A stretch of DNA of 64,000 nt, taken from Candidatus Babelota bacterium. Lineage in GTDB: Bacteria; Babelota; Babeliae; Babelales; JACPOV01. The stretch covers positions 69,089 to 133,088 of the forward strand of contig JAKJAQ010000001.1 of assembly GCA_022707425.1 (NCBI GenBank), given 5' to 3'. The position numbers were made by a program, and so were the translations under genes. Below the pieces are notes generated by a model. The model made no database searches. It was not told the DNA's origin and worked only from the letters and a program-made list of their open reading frames with translations. Position 1 is the first letter of the stretch. The number at the start of each line of letters is the position of its first letter. Of this stretch, positions 18,796 through 27,625 are shown one piece after another.

Positions 18796-19803
18796 ATGGC
18801 AAAAAAAAGAATTATTAACGACTCGCAAACTGATCCTAATAAAATATTACCAATGACCTATCATTGGGCGCGTGAACATTATAAGAATGGAATTGCGAAT
18901 AATTGGGTTCCCGAAGAAATTTCGATGCAGCAAGATGTAGAGCAATGGAAATCTTCAAATTCACTTACTGATCGTGAGCGACGATTGATTTTGTGGAATC
19001 TTGGTTTTTTTTCTACTGCTGAATCGTTAACCGCAAACAATTTAGTTTTGGCAGTGTACCGGCATGTTACTAATCCAGAATGTCGCCAATATTTATTGAG
19101 GCAAGCATTTGAGGAAGCGATTCACACCGATACATTTATTTATTGCTGCGATTCTCTTGGTCTAGATCCTGATGAAATTTACAACATGTATAATACCATT
19201 CCATCGATTGCAGAAAAAGATGCATTTGTGATTGAATTGACCAAAACAATCTTTGATCCAAGTTTTAGCACTGAAGGTGGCATTGAAGATATTCGACGTT
19301 TTGTGCGCGATTTAATTGGTTATTATGTAATCATGGAAGGTATTTTCTTCTATGCTGGCTTTGCAATGATGCTTGCTTTAAAGCGTCAAAATAAAATGAT
19401 AGGAATTGGCGAACAGTTTGAATTTATCATGCGCGATGAAAGTGTTCATTTAGCATTTGGCTGCGATTTAATTAATACAATCAAAGCTGAAAACCCTGAA
19501 ATTTGGACAAATGAGTTTCAAGAAGAAGTTGTTCAGTTAATCAAAAAAGCGGTAACGCTTGAAAAACGATACGCATATGATGCATGTCCAGAGGGACTGT
19601 TGGGAATTAATGCGCAACAGTTTATGGATTATGTTGAATATATTGCTGATCGTCGTTTAGAGAGAATCGGATTACAGCGACTTTATTTTAAAGAAAATCC
19701 ACTTCCCTGGATGTCGCAAGTTACCGATTTAAGTAAAGAAAAGAATTTCTTTGAAACTCGCGTGACAGAATATCAATCCGCAGGTTCTTTAGAATGGGAA
19801 TAG
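18796..19803 (+). CDS. nrdB: Ribonucleotide reductase small subunit, class Ic type (Phe at the radical site, Glu as first metal ligand)
   Basis: FFSTAESL has Glu where class Ia has Asp. EEAIHTDTFIY has Phe four residues after His, where class Ia has the radical Tyr. IMEGIFFY and RDESVHL are the remaining ligand motifs. GAGGAGG SD. Confidence 0.9.
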   Translation: MAKKRIINDSQTDPNKILPMTYHWAREHYKNGIANNWVPEEISMQQDVEQWKSSNSLTDRERRLILWNLGFFSTAESLTANNLVLAVYRHVTNPECRQYLLRQAFEEAIHTDTFIYCCDSLGLDPDEIYNMYNTIPSIAEKDAFVIELTKTIFDPSFSTEGGIEDIRRFVRDLIGYYVIMEGIFFYAGFAMMLALKRQNKMIGIGEQFEFIMRDESVHLAFGCDLINTIKAENPEIWTNEFQEEVVQLIKKAVTLEKRYAYDACPEGLLGINAQQFMDYVEYIADRRLERIGLQRLYFKENPLPWMSQVTDLSKEKNFFETRVTEYQSAGSLEWE

Positions 19804-19821
19804 CAGCTGCATAATTTATAC

Positions 19822-19853
19822 AGAGCCGCTTAATGTGCGGCTCTTTTTTTTTT
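19822..19853. terminator. Intrinsic terminator after nrdB; the hairpin overlaps the last codons of convergent rseP
   Basis: AGAGCCGC (19822-19829) pairs with GCGGCTCT (19837-19844) and is followed by a T10 run. The minus strand of the same bases encodes ...KKKRAAH-stop. Confidence 0.8.
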
Positions 19854-20843
19854 ACTAGTTGCTAGAATGAGAATAATGCAGAGCATAATTAATGCATAGT
19901 TCATTATTGCTGTTTCTTGAGCAGAAAGAGGCCGTCCAATTAATGCTTGCGCAGTAAATTGTGTAGCTTGACCGCCATCAAGTAAAGGAAGTGGCAATAA
20001 ATTAAAGAGACCAATTTGCATGCTTAATAGAGCTACCCAAAATAAAAAAGTAGTCCATCCTTGCGCAAATGTTTTTCCGGTGATTGAAATAATACCAACT
20101 GGTCCAATAATTTTTGCTTTATTTTTTTTTGAAGCAGGACTAAACAGCCCACCAAAGTCTAGAATCAATGTTTTCATAAAAAGGAGTGTTTTTTTTGCAC
20201 TCTGCGCAATCGAAAATTGTTTTTTTTGATTCGTTTCGAATAAAAATCCCGCATAGCCAATTTGATTACCAGCAAAATGCTGAACTTCAATTTTTATTGT
20301 TTTGTGAATAACTTCATTATCACGTTGTACCGTAAGTATTATTTCTTTACCAGCTGCTGTTTGTAAAAATTGGGTAAAAGGTTCAATGTCTTGTTCAATC
20401 GAATGATCATTGTACATTACAATTTTATCATCTTTTTTCAAACCAGCATGTTCAGCAGGTGAGTTGGGAGCAACTGCAGCAATTCTTGAAGTAAGTGGCC
20501 GTCTATTGCAAATAAATACTATAAAAAAAAGAATAAAACTTAATACAACATTATTAAATATTCCAGCTAAGGTGATAATCATTTTTTGCCAGTAGGGCTT
20601 TTGATTTAATATATCAACTGCAATGCTTACATAGCCTCCAAGTGGTAAGAGTGCTAGTTGAAATGTTGTTGCATTTGTTTTGTATTTTACGAGCGCTGGT
20701 CCAAAACCAATTGAAAATGTTGGCGTTGGTACCTTAAAAATCTGACAAGTAAGAAAATGGCCTAATTCGTGAAAAAAAATAATAAAACTAAGTGCAAGTA
20801 ACGTAATAAGAATGGCAGTTGCTTTATTGAAAGAAGCATTCAT
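19830..20843 (-). CDS. rseP: Site-2 zinc metalloprotease RseP (M50 family) with a PDZ domain
   Basis: HELGHF, PDZ-like AVAPNSPAEHAGLKKDDKIV, and NLLPLPLLDGG. AGGGGGGA SD. Confidence 0.85.
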   Translation of the reverse strand: MNASFNKATAILITLLALSFIIFFHELGHFLTCQIFKVPTPTFSIGFGPALVKYKTNATTFQLALLPLGGYVSIAVDILNQKPYWQKMIITLAGIFNNVVLSFILFFIVFICNRRPLTSRIAAVAPNSPAEHAGLKKDDKIVMYNDHSIEQDIEPFTQFLQTAAGKEIILTVQRDNEVIHKTIKIEVQHFAGNQIGYAGFLFETNQKKQFSIAQSAKKTLLFMKTLILDFGGLFSPASKKNKAKIIGPVGIISITGKTFAQGWTTFLFWVALLSMQIGLFNLLPLPLLDGGQATQFTAQALIGRPLSAQETAIMNYALIMLCIILILATSKKKRAAH

Positions 20844-20921
20844 AGTTCCCCCCTTTGATATGCTTCTTTTCAGAGTACAATAGTATTTAGTAATGTTGCA
20901 ATCGAATCGCAGTGCTGTAGT

Positions 20922-22406
20922 TTAGAACGATGCCCCAATCTTGCCCCACACGCCCGCATTATTTAATGCAGTATTTTGTTGCGGGAATTCAATAAATGCA
21001 CCAAATCCGAAAATAATTGTGTAACAGTCTCGGTCAATAATTGCACCAGCTGCGATACTTGGTCTGTGTACAACTGCTGATCGCGCACATCCTGAAAGGA
21101 GATCAAGATCAAATTGGGTTATTGGGATAAATACAAAATCGTTTGGTGCCTGAAAACTAATTGTGCTTTTGCTTGCAGTGGTGAATGGTAAAGTCCCAGC
21201 AATACCAAATATTTCTGGAAATTCACGGTCCTCCAAGACTAATTTTTCAGATGGATGTACCCACAAATTGTAGGCAATTTCAAGATCAAATGCACCTAGA
21301 TTAAAGCGTAAGCCGGTTGATAAATCAGCCATGTTAAAAGGTCTGACGGTAACTTTTCTCGTAAGAACATTAACACCAGGAATATTTGAATCGCCATTAA
21401 TATTATTGAATAATAAAAATCGGCTCCATGGTTTGTCCATCAAATCCAAGGTTCGACGTTGCCCACTTCTTATTAAATAAAGGTTTTCGATATCAAAAAA
21501 GAATGCAATTAATTTGCAATCGGTATCATCATTGAGTGGAAGTTGGAAATGAACACCAGCGCTAAAGCCAAAATGACGATTGTTTCCTAAAAATGGATCA
21601 AAAAGAAATTCAGGGTTTTGGCCGCCGGTTAATGGAACAAAAATTGAGCTGTAATAACCAATTTGAAAACCATCGCGTGCCATGAAAGTTGCGCCAAGTT
21701 TTACATTTATTTCCGCAACACCTGCACGATGTTTTTTCTTTGGATTTAATTTGCCAAAATGCCACAACCCTTGGTTGAAAGCTGCAATAATATCGAAATT
21801 GTTTGGGCCAGGGTTTTGAACGTTTGTTTGAGTAAGTCCCAAATCGTTTTCAACAAATTGAACTGGCATTGAAATTGCTACCCACAACGAATCTAAGAAT
21901 TTATTGTTTATAAATTTTTTAACATCTTGGTTGTATTCAACCCAAAGCGAACCTTGCTGTTGTTTTGGATTAATTTGAAGCGTACCAACAAAATTTGAAG
22001 GTAACCCAACCCATTCAGCTCGTACATCGCGCAATGTAGGTTGTGGTGCTAAATCACCTTTTATCACAAGTGCTTCGCGTTCGTTAATTAAAAAATATCG
22101 TTTCAATTTGTCCATAGAACTTGACTGTTGGTAAATACCAACTGCCTCAATACTTCCAAGAAAGCAATGATCTTTTTCATAGATTAAATCAACCCAACCT
22201 GTAGACAACTGAGCCATAAGATTATGATAAACTGGTCGAGGAAAAATAAAAGATTGTGAAGTCTTTTCATCTTCGATTGGATCGCAGCGTGACATAAATT
22301 CAAAACAGTCATCAATTGCTACAGTAGTGAATGAATAAAAGATGAGGAGAATCATTACTACTATGCGTCTGTTCATTAGTGACGTCCTTTTTTTAATATC
22401 GCTCAT
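20922..22406 (-). CDS. Putative outer-membrane beta-barrel protein (porin/MOMP-like)
   Basis: Signal peptide (the likely true start is the ATG at 22376, MNRRIVVMILLIFYSFTTVA, with an AGGA SD). Alternating beta-strand pattern. The C-terminus ...GVWGKIGASF ends in the Phe typical of OMPs. Confidence 0.55.
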   Translation of the reverse strand: MSDIKKRTSLMNRRIVVMILLIFYSFTTVAIDDCFEFMSRCDPIEDEKTSQSFIFPRPVYHNLMAQLSTGWVDLIYEKDHCFLGSIEAVGIYQQSSSMDKLKRYFLINEREALVIKGDLAPQPTLRDVRAEWVGLPSNFVGTLQINPKQQQGSLWVEYNQDVKKFINNKFLDSLWVAISMPVQFVENDLGLTQTNVQNPGPNNFDIIAAFNQGLWHFGKLNPKKKHRAGVAEINVKLGATFMARDGFQIGYYSSIFVPLTGGQNPEFLFDPFLGNNRHFGFSAGVHFQLPLNDDTDCKLIAFFFDIENLYLIRSGQRRTLDLMDKPWSRFLLFNNINGDSNIPGVNVLTRKVTVRPFNMADLSTGLRFNLGAFDLEIAYNLWVHPSEKLVLEDREFPEIFGIAGTLPFTTASKSTISFQAPNDFVFIPITQFDLDLLSGCARSAVVHRPSIAAGAIIDRDCYTIIFGFGAFIEFPQQNTALNNAGVWGKIGASF

Positions 22407-22523
22407 TTTTGTTCAAGTTTAGGATAGCTCTTTGAGAAAAACAAGAAGTGCCCATTGTTGAAAAAAAATGTAACTTATCTGATATGGTATAACAAAAATT
22501 AAAATCACAGAGAAAGGATAGTT

Positions 22524-23132
22524 ATGAAAACATTTTTTAAATATTGTATTTTTTTGACTCTAATGCCATTGTATGCAACAGAAACGATGTTGGTTGATTT
22601 AGAAAAAATTCCTCATATTATTCTTGATATCAAATATGCAACTAAGGATAATTTTACTCATGAAGTTGTTTATCCAGCAGCAAAAGCATATTTAGTTAAA
22701 GAAGCTGCTGAAGCTATGCGTAAAGTTCAAGAAGAATTAAACCAAGAAGGGCTCGGATTAAAAATTTACGATGGTTATCGGCCATTGAGTGTGCAAGAAA
22801 AATTTTGGCAATTAGTTCCTGATGAGCGATATGTTGCAGATCCAAAAAAAGGTTCGAGGCATAATCGTGGTTGCGCAGTAGATTGCACGCTCATTTGTTT
22901 AAAGGATCGAAAAGAACTCGAAATGCCAACACCGTTTGATGATTTCACTGAAAAAGCTCATCGGGACTATATGGATATTGATGAATCAGTGAAAAATAAT
23001 CGAGAAAAATTAGAAATTATCATGAAAAAACATGGTTTCACCGGTTTGCCAACCGAGTGGTGGCACTTTGATTATGAAGGTTGGGAAAAGTATCCTTTAC
23101 TTAATAAAAATTTTGATGAATTAGAATCTTAA
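22524..23132 (+). CDS. D-Ala-D-Ala dipeptidase family protein (VanX/DdpX, M15D) with an N-terminal export leader
   Basis: YDGYRPLSVQEKFW, SRHNRGCAVDCTL and EWWHFDY. The hydrophobic leader is MKTFFKYCIFLTLMPLYA. Confidence 0.8.
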   Translation: MKTFFKYCIFLTLMPLYATETMLVDLEKIPHIILDIKYATKDNFTHEVVYPAAKAYLVKEAAEAMRKVQEELNQEGLGLKIYDGYRPLSVQEKFWQLVPDERYVADPKKGSRHNRGCAVDCTLICLKDRKELEMPTPFDDFTEKAHRDYMDIDESVKNNREKLEIIMKKHGFTGLPTEWWHFDYEGWEKYPLLNKNFDELES

Positions 23133-23156
23133 GAGTCTTGGCATAAAATTATCAAA

Positions 23157-23179
23157 GGGGGGAGTGTCCCCCCTTTTTT
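23157..23179. terminator. Bidirectional intrinsic terminator
   Basis: GGGGGGA-GTG-TCCCCCC is followed by T6 and preceded by AAA. It lies between convergent genes. Confidence 0.7.
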
Positions 23180-23181
23180 AT

Positions 23182-23991
23182 CTAGACAATTCTGTAGTCT
23201 TTAGCGGAATAATTTAATTTTGAGTTTAATTTTGTGAATTGTTTTGTGGACATACTGATAGGTTTTGTTTTTGAATTAGGAATTTCTATTTCATGGCCGT
23301 TAATTTTAAGAAATTCAGCTATTCTTTTTGATTGCGTAGCAAGGCGCAATGTATTTTCAGAAATGTTGGCTCCTCGATGTTCGTAAAGGTATTTAAATGT
23401 AGTGAAGCCACGGATTGTAGTAATAAAATCAGTCAGACACATTTTTTGCCGATTATTTTTATTTTCTACCGTTATTATCACGTTGTTAATATTAAGATTT
23501 GGATAGTTGTTTGAAAGTAGATGTTGTATTTTTGTGGGCAATGTTCCATTTTTTATATATGAAATTGAAATTTTTTTGATATCATTAATGAATAAATCTA
23601 TCTCTTGCATTTCGCGCACTGATTTAATGTGTGTTAAGATTTGTGCAACTGAATCTATGCCATCAGACTCTTTTATTATCTGCGGCAAATTACTCAAAAG
23701 GTCAGCGTATTCTTCATAATTTGACTTGCTTTTTTTTGTAGGTGATTCATTATCATTTTGTTCTTGATTATCAAAGAGACGACGCTTTCCAGATACTTCA
23801 GCATTTCTGATTGGGATTTCTTTTGATTTTTTCCCAGGAGATTTTTGATTTTCCTTTTCCAAAAATACCGGATGTTTTTTGCCTGGTTTATTTCTAATGA
23901 CAAGAATTTCTTCATCAGAATTTTCCATTGCATCAATAATGTGAGATGTAGAAAAAGTAAATAAACATATAATAAAAAATAACTGTTTCAT
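23182..23991 (-). CDS. Exported orphan protein, paralog of 24060-24809 (leader-ME class)
   Basis: Leader MKQLFFIICLFTFSTSHIIDA followed by MEN. Shares SPGKK, a basic GKRRLF block and NGTL...L(N/D)(I/V)NN... with its neighbour. Confidence 0.6.
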   Translation of the reverse strand: MKQLFFIICLFTFSTSHIIDAMENSDEEILVIRNKPGKKHPVFLEKENQKSPGKKSKEIPIRNAEVSGKRRLFDNQEQNDNESPTKKSKSNYEEYADLLSNLPQIIKESDGIDSVAQILTHIKSVREMQEIDLFINDIKKISISYIKNGTLPTKIQHLLSNNYPNLNINNVIITVENKNNRQKMCLTDFITTIRGFTTFKYLYEHRGANISENTLRLATQSKRIAEFLKINGHEIEIPNSKTKPISMSTKQFTKLNSKLNYSAKDYRIV

Positions 23992-24059
23992 AAAGAGCCT
24001 TAATTTTCAGAATTATTTAATGAGGTATCAGCAAAGATGCATATTTAATCACAAATAAT

Positions 24060-24809
24060 TTAATCCAGAATGATTTTATTTAGGGTAAAACTAAGGGGCT
24101 TGGATTTTCTTTTACTTTTTTTTCTATGCCCAGTAATATTTGCGATCCTTGAACGGGGACATTGTTTGATGAGTTGTTCTGTTTGGTCTGTCAATTGAGC
24201 ATTATGGTTTGCAATTAAGTGGCTATACAGTGTTTCAGCTTTCATTTTTACTGCAAGATCAATAAGCTTGAACTGCTTTGTTTTTTTATTTGTGTTAATA
24301 ACTATTTCTAATTTAAAATTATTAACATCAAGTGAAGGATGTTTTTTAAGGATGTTTAACATTTCGCGCGCGAGGGTACCATTTGTAGAGTCACTTGGTC
24401 TGCTATAATTTTTAATTTTCTCAAAAAATTCGCGTGCTTCATCTTTTTTTGATGAAGGATTAAGTCCTAAAAGAAGAGTTGCAGCGTCGATTTCATCAGT
24501 TTCTTCTGACTGAACAAAATTAAATGGAGCTTGATCATTGGTGATATCAGAGTTTTGAATATTGAATTCAGCAAATTTTCTTTTGCCTACTCTTGATTGA
24601 TTATATAACGTTGGATTAGGAATCTTTTTTTTACCTGGAGAAAAGGTATTTCCATTTACATCGTCAATAATTTCGTCGCAATACAATGACATTTTTTTTT
24701 CTGGCTCAAGTGTTTCGTCACAATAAAGCGATCGGTTTTCCATTGCATTAACATTTTTGTACTGTGCTAAGCTTGCAATGATCGTGAGTAAAAGAAGTTT
24801 TTTTTTCAT
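24060..24809 (-). CDS. Exported orphan protein, paralog of 23182-23991 (leader-ME class)
   Basis: The ORF-track start at 24815 is a TTG. The ATG at 24809 (MKKKLLLLTIIASLA) has an AAAGG SD. Leader ...KNVNA followed by MEN. SPGKKK and GKRKF blocks. Confidence 0.6.
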   Translation of the reverse strand: MKKKLLLLTIIASLAQYKNVNAMENRSLYCDETLEPEKKMSLYCDEIIDDVNGNTFSPGKKKIPNPTLYNQSRVGKRKFAEFNIQNSDITNDQAPFNFVQSEETDEIDAATLLLGLNPSSKKDEAREFFEKIKNYSRPSDSTNGTLAREMLNILKKHPSLDVNNFKLEIVINTNKKTKQFKLIDLAVKMKAETLYSHLIANHNAQLTDQTEQLIKQCPRSRIANITGHRKKSKRKSKPLSFTLNKIILD

Positions 24810-24918
24810 AACCAACCTTTAGTTGTAATTTTACATATGAATTGAGAACTAAGAATATCGCGGTATTGCGGCAATTTGTCAATTGCTTTTAGAATTCACA
24901 TAGAAAGGAGCATGTATA

Positions 24919-26229
24919 GTGAGTCAATTAAGAGTAGAATTTGATGATGGGTTATTTTCAGAGGAAGATCTTCAAAGAAGTTTAAAAAAATTATCTCAGG
25001 AAAATGCAACTATACGTAATGAATTCAAAAAAAAATATGAATCCAAATTTGCATCATTATATTTGCCTCAGGATACCGAATTATTGAATCCACTTTTGGA
25101 AGAAATACAACGAGTTCAAAAGCACAATATAAAAGCACTTATTATTGTTGGAATTGGTGGATCAAATTTAGGAGCTGCGGCAATTATGCAGGCGCTTTTT
25201 GGATTATTATCTAATGAAATTAATGCATTAAAGGTGTATTTTGCAGATACCGTTGATACCGATTATATACAGCAAATAAAACAGTGTGTTGAAGAAGAAT
25301 TAAAACAAAATAATCAAGTTCATGTGGTTGTTGTCACAAAGTCGGGTGCAACTACTGAAACGGTTGCAAATTTTGAAGTATTTCTTGATGTATTGATGTG
25401 CTATCGTCCAAAAAATTATTATGAATATGTTACTGTAATCACTGATGAAAATTCTCCACTTGCTGCATTAGCGCAGCAAAGAAAATTTTCAGCCCTTTAT
25501 ATTCCCAGATTAGTTGGAGGTCGATTTTCAGTGCTTTCTGCAGCCGGTTTGTTTCCGCTGGCATTAATGGGTGTTGATGTAAAAGCGCTTCTGGCAGGTG
25601 CGCGATCAGTAATCGATGAAATGCTTACATTGCAACATAATTGTGCGGCAAAAAGTGCAGCAATTAAATTTTGGCATTGGAAAAATGAAATTCATATAAA
25701 TAATTTTTTTTTATTTTCAGTTTCACTTGAGGGTTTTGGTAAATGGTACCGCCAACTTGTAGCAGAAAGTTTGGGTAAAGAGAATGATCTGGAAGGAAAT
25801 AGTGTGCGCGTTGGGATAACTCCCACGGTTTCAATTGGAAGTACTGATCTGCATTCAGTTGGCCAACTCTATTTAGGAGGACCGCGAAATTTTTTTACTA
25901 CATTTGTGACAATTGAACAAAACAAAAATAATATACAAATTCCAAATTTAAATGAGTTTGAAGAATGCGTTAAACATATTCAACGTATACCGCTCTCATC
26001 TATTATGAACGCAATTATAGTTGGCGTGAAAAAAGCGTATCAAAAAGAAGGACTTCCATTTTGTTCAATCAACCTTCCAGAATTATCTCCATTTTACCTT
26101 GGACAGTTGTTGCAATATGCTATGCTAGAAACTATGTATCTTGGTACGTTGTTAAATATTAATGCATTTGATCAGCCGCATGTTGAGTTGTATAAAAAAG
26201 AAACGCGAAAGATTTTAGCGGATGAATGA
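24919..26229 (+). CDS. pgi: Glucose-6-phosphate isomerase (short bacterial/archaeal type)
   Basis: GIGGSNLGAAAI and VTKSGATTET. GTG start 8 nt after AAAGGAG. Confidence 0.85.
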   Translation: MSQLRVEFDDGLFSEEDLQRSLKKLSQENATIRNEFKKKYESKFASLYLPQDTELLNPLLEEIQRVQKHNIKALIIVGIGGSNLGAAAIMQALFGLLSNEINALKVYFADTVDTDYIQQIKQCVEEELKQNNQVHVVVVTKSGATTETVANFEVFLDVLMCYRPKNYYEYVTVITDENSPLAALAQQRKFSALYIPRLVGGRFSVLSAAGLFPLALMGVDVKALLAGARSVIDEMLTLQHNCAAKSAAIKFWHWKNEIHINNFFLFSVSLEGFGKWYRQLVAESLGKENDLEGNSVRVGITPTVSIGSTDLHSVGQLYLGGPRNFFTTFVTIEQNKNNIQIPNLNEFEECVKHIQRIPLSSIMNAIIVGVKKAYQKEGLPFCSINLPELSPFYLGQLLQYAMLETMYLGTLLNINAFDQPHVELYKKETRKILADE

Positions 26230-27625
26230 GTGTACTTTTATAATTTTAGGCGCAACGGGCGATTTAACAAAACGCAAATTAATTCCCGCATTGTATAAAT
26301 TGGTGCGAGATAAAAGAATTGAAAAATTTATTATTGTTGGTGCAGCATTTGAAGATGTAACATCGCAAGAATTTTTATCGCGTGCAAAACCATTTATTTC
26401 GTCACTTGATGAAAAATTATGGTCAAAAATTGAACAGGCAACTACTTATCAACGAATTGATTTTCGCAATGAAAAAGATTTTGAACTCTTACATGAACAT
26501 GTTGTCAAGCGGGAACAAGAAAAAAAAATAAACGGAAATCGCCTTGCATACCTTGCAACGGCATCTGCATTTTTTTGCGATATCAGCGACTCTTTGGGAA
26601 AAAGTGGTTTAATTCAACGAGCAGATGCAGATGGCTTTTGCGGGAAGGTGTGGCAGCGCATTGTATATGAAAAACCATTTGGTCTTGATCAAAAATCTGC
26701 ACATCAAATTAATGCATGTATCACAAAATGGTTCAACGAAAATCAGATTTTTAGAATCGATCACTATTTAACTAAAGAACTTGTGAGCAGTATAGTTCTT
26801 GTGCGCTTTACTAATATTATTTTCGAGCCTTTATGGAATCATAATTATATTGATTATGTTGAAATTATTTTGAGTGAAACACTCGGACTTGAAGGAAGAG
26901 GGCGCTATTATGATCAATATGGTGTGTTGCGCGATGTGGTTCAAAATCACGCAATGCAATTGCTTTCGTTGATTGCAATGGAATTGCCAGAGCGTTTAAG
27001 TGCGGCAGGTATTCAAGATCAAAAAGCGGCAGTTCTTAAAAAAATTAAAATCGAAGACGGCTTTTTAGGTCAATACGCAGATTATCATCAAGAAACTGAT
27101 GTTAATCCTCAATCACAAACACCAACATTTGCCTGTTTAAAATTCTCTATTGATACACCACGGTGGGCAAATATCCCATTTTACATAAAAGCAGGAAAAC
27201 GGTTAGATAGAAAAGATACATCGGTCCATATTAAATTTAAAAATGTAGATTGCACACTCAAAGAAAGTTGTGTATACGAATCTGATCATTTAACCATTCA
27301 GATTGAGCCAGAAGCTATTTTTTCTTTGCAATTGAATACGAAGCAACCAGGTTCCTTGTATGAAGTAACTCCAGTATCACTTGCATTTAATCACAACTAT
27401 GTTTTCCGTACTGCAACTCCTGAAGCATACGAAGTGCTGATTGAACAAATTATGTTGGGTGATCAATCGGTCTCGGTCAGATTTGATGAGATCGAATATG
27501 CGTGGGCAGTGATTGATTCAATCGAAAAATTACATTTGCCATTTTATCGTTATCAACAAATGAGCAGTGGTCCAGATGAATTAAAAGCATTTGCACAAAA
27601 ATATAAAATGAGGTGGCGTGTATGA
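26222..27625 (+). CDS. zwf: Glucose-6-phosphate 1-dehydrogenase
   Basis: ILGATGDLTKRKLIPALY, FRIDHYLTKE and RDVVQNHAMQLL. Overlaps the pgi stop by 8 nt. Confidence 0.9.
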   Translation: MNECTFIILGATGDLTKRKLIPALYKLVRDKRIEKFIIVGAAFEDVTSQEFLSRAKPFISSLDEKLWSKIEQATTYQRIDFRNEKDFELLHEHVVKREQEKKINGNRLAYLATASAFFCDISDSLGKSGLIQRADADGFCGKVWQRIVYEKPFGLDQKSAHQINACITKWFNENQIFRIDHYLTKELVSSIVLVRFTNIIFEPLWNHNYIDYVEIILSETLGLEGRGRYYDQYGVLRDVVQNHAMQLLSLIAMELPERLSAAGIQDQKAAVLKKIKIEDGFLGQYADYHQETDVNPQSQTPTFACLKFSIDTPRWANIPFYIKAGKRLDRKDTSVHIKFKNVDCTLKESCVYESDHLTIQIEPEAIFSLQLNTKQPGSLYEVTPVSLAFNHNYVFRTATPEAYEVLIEQIMLGDQSVSVRFDEIEYAWAVIDSIEKLHLPFYRYQQMSSGPDELKAFAQKYKMRWRV

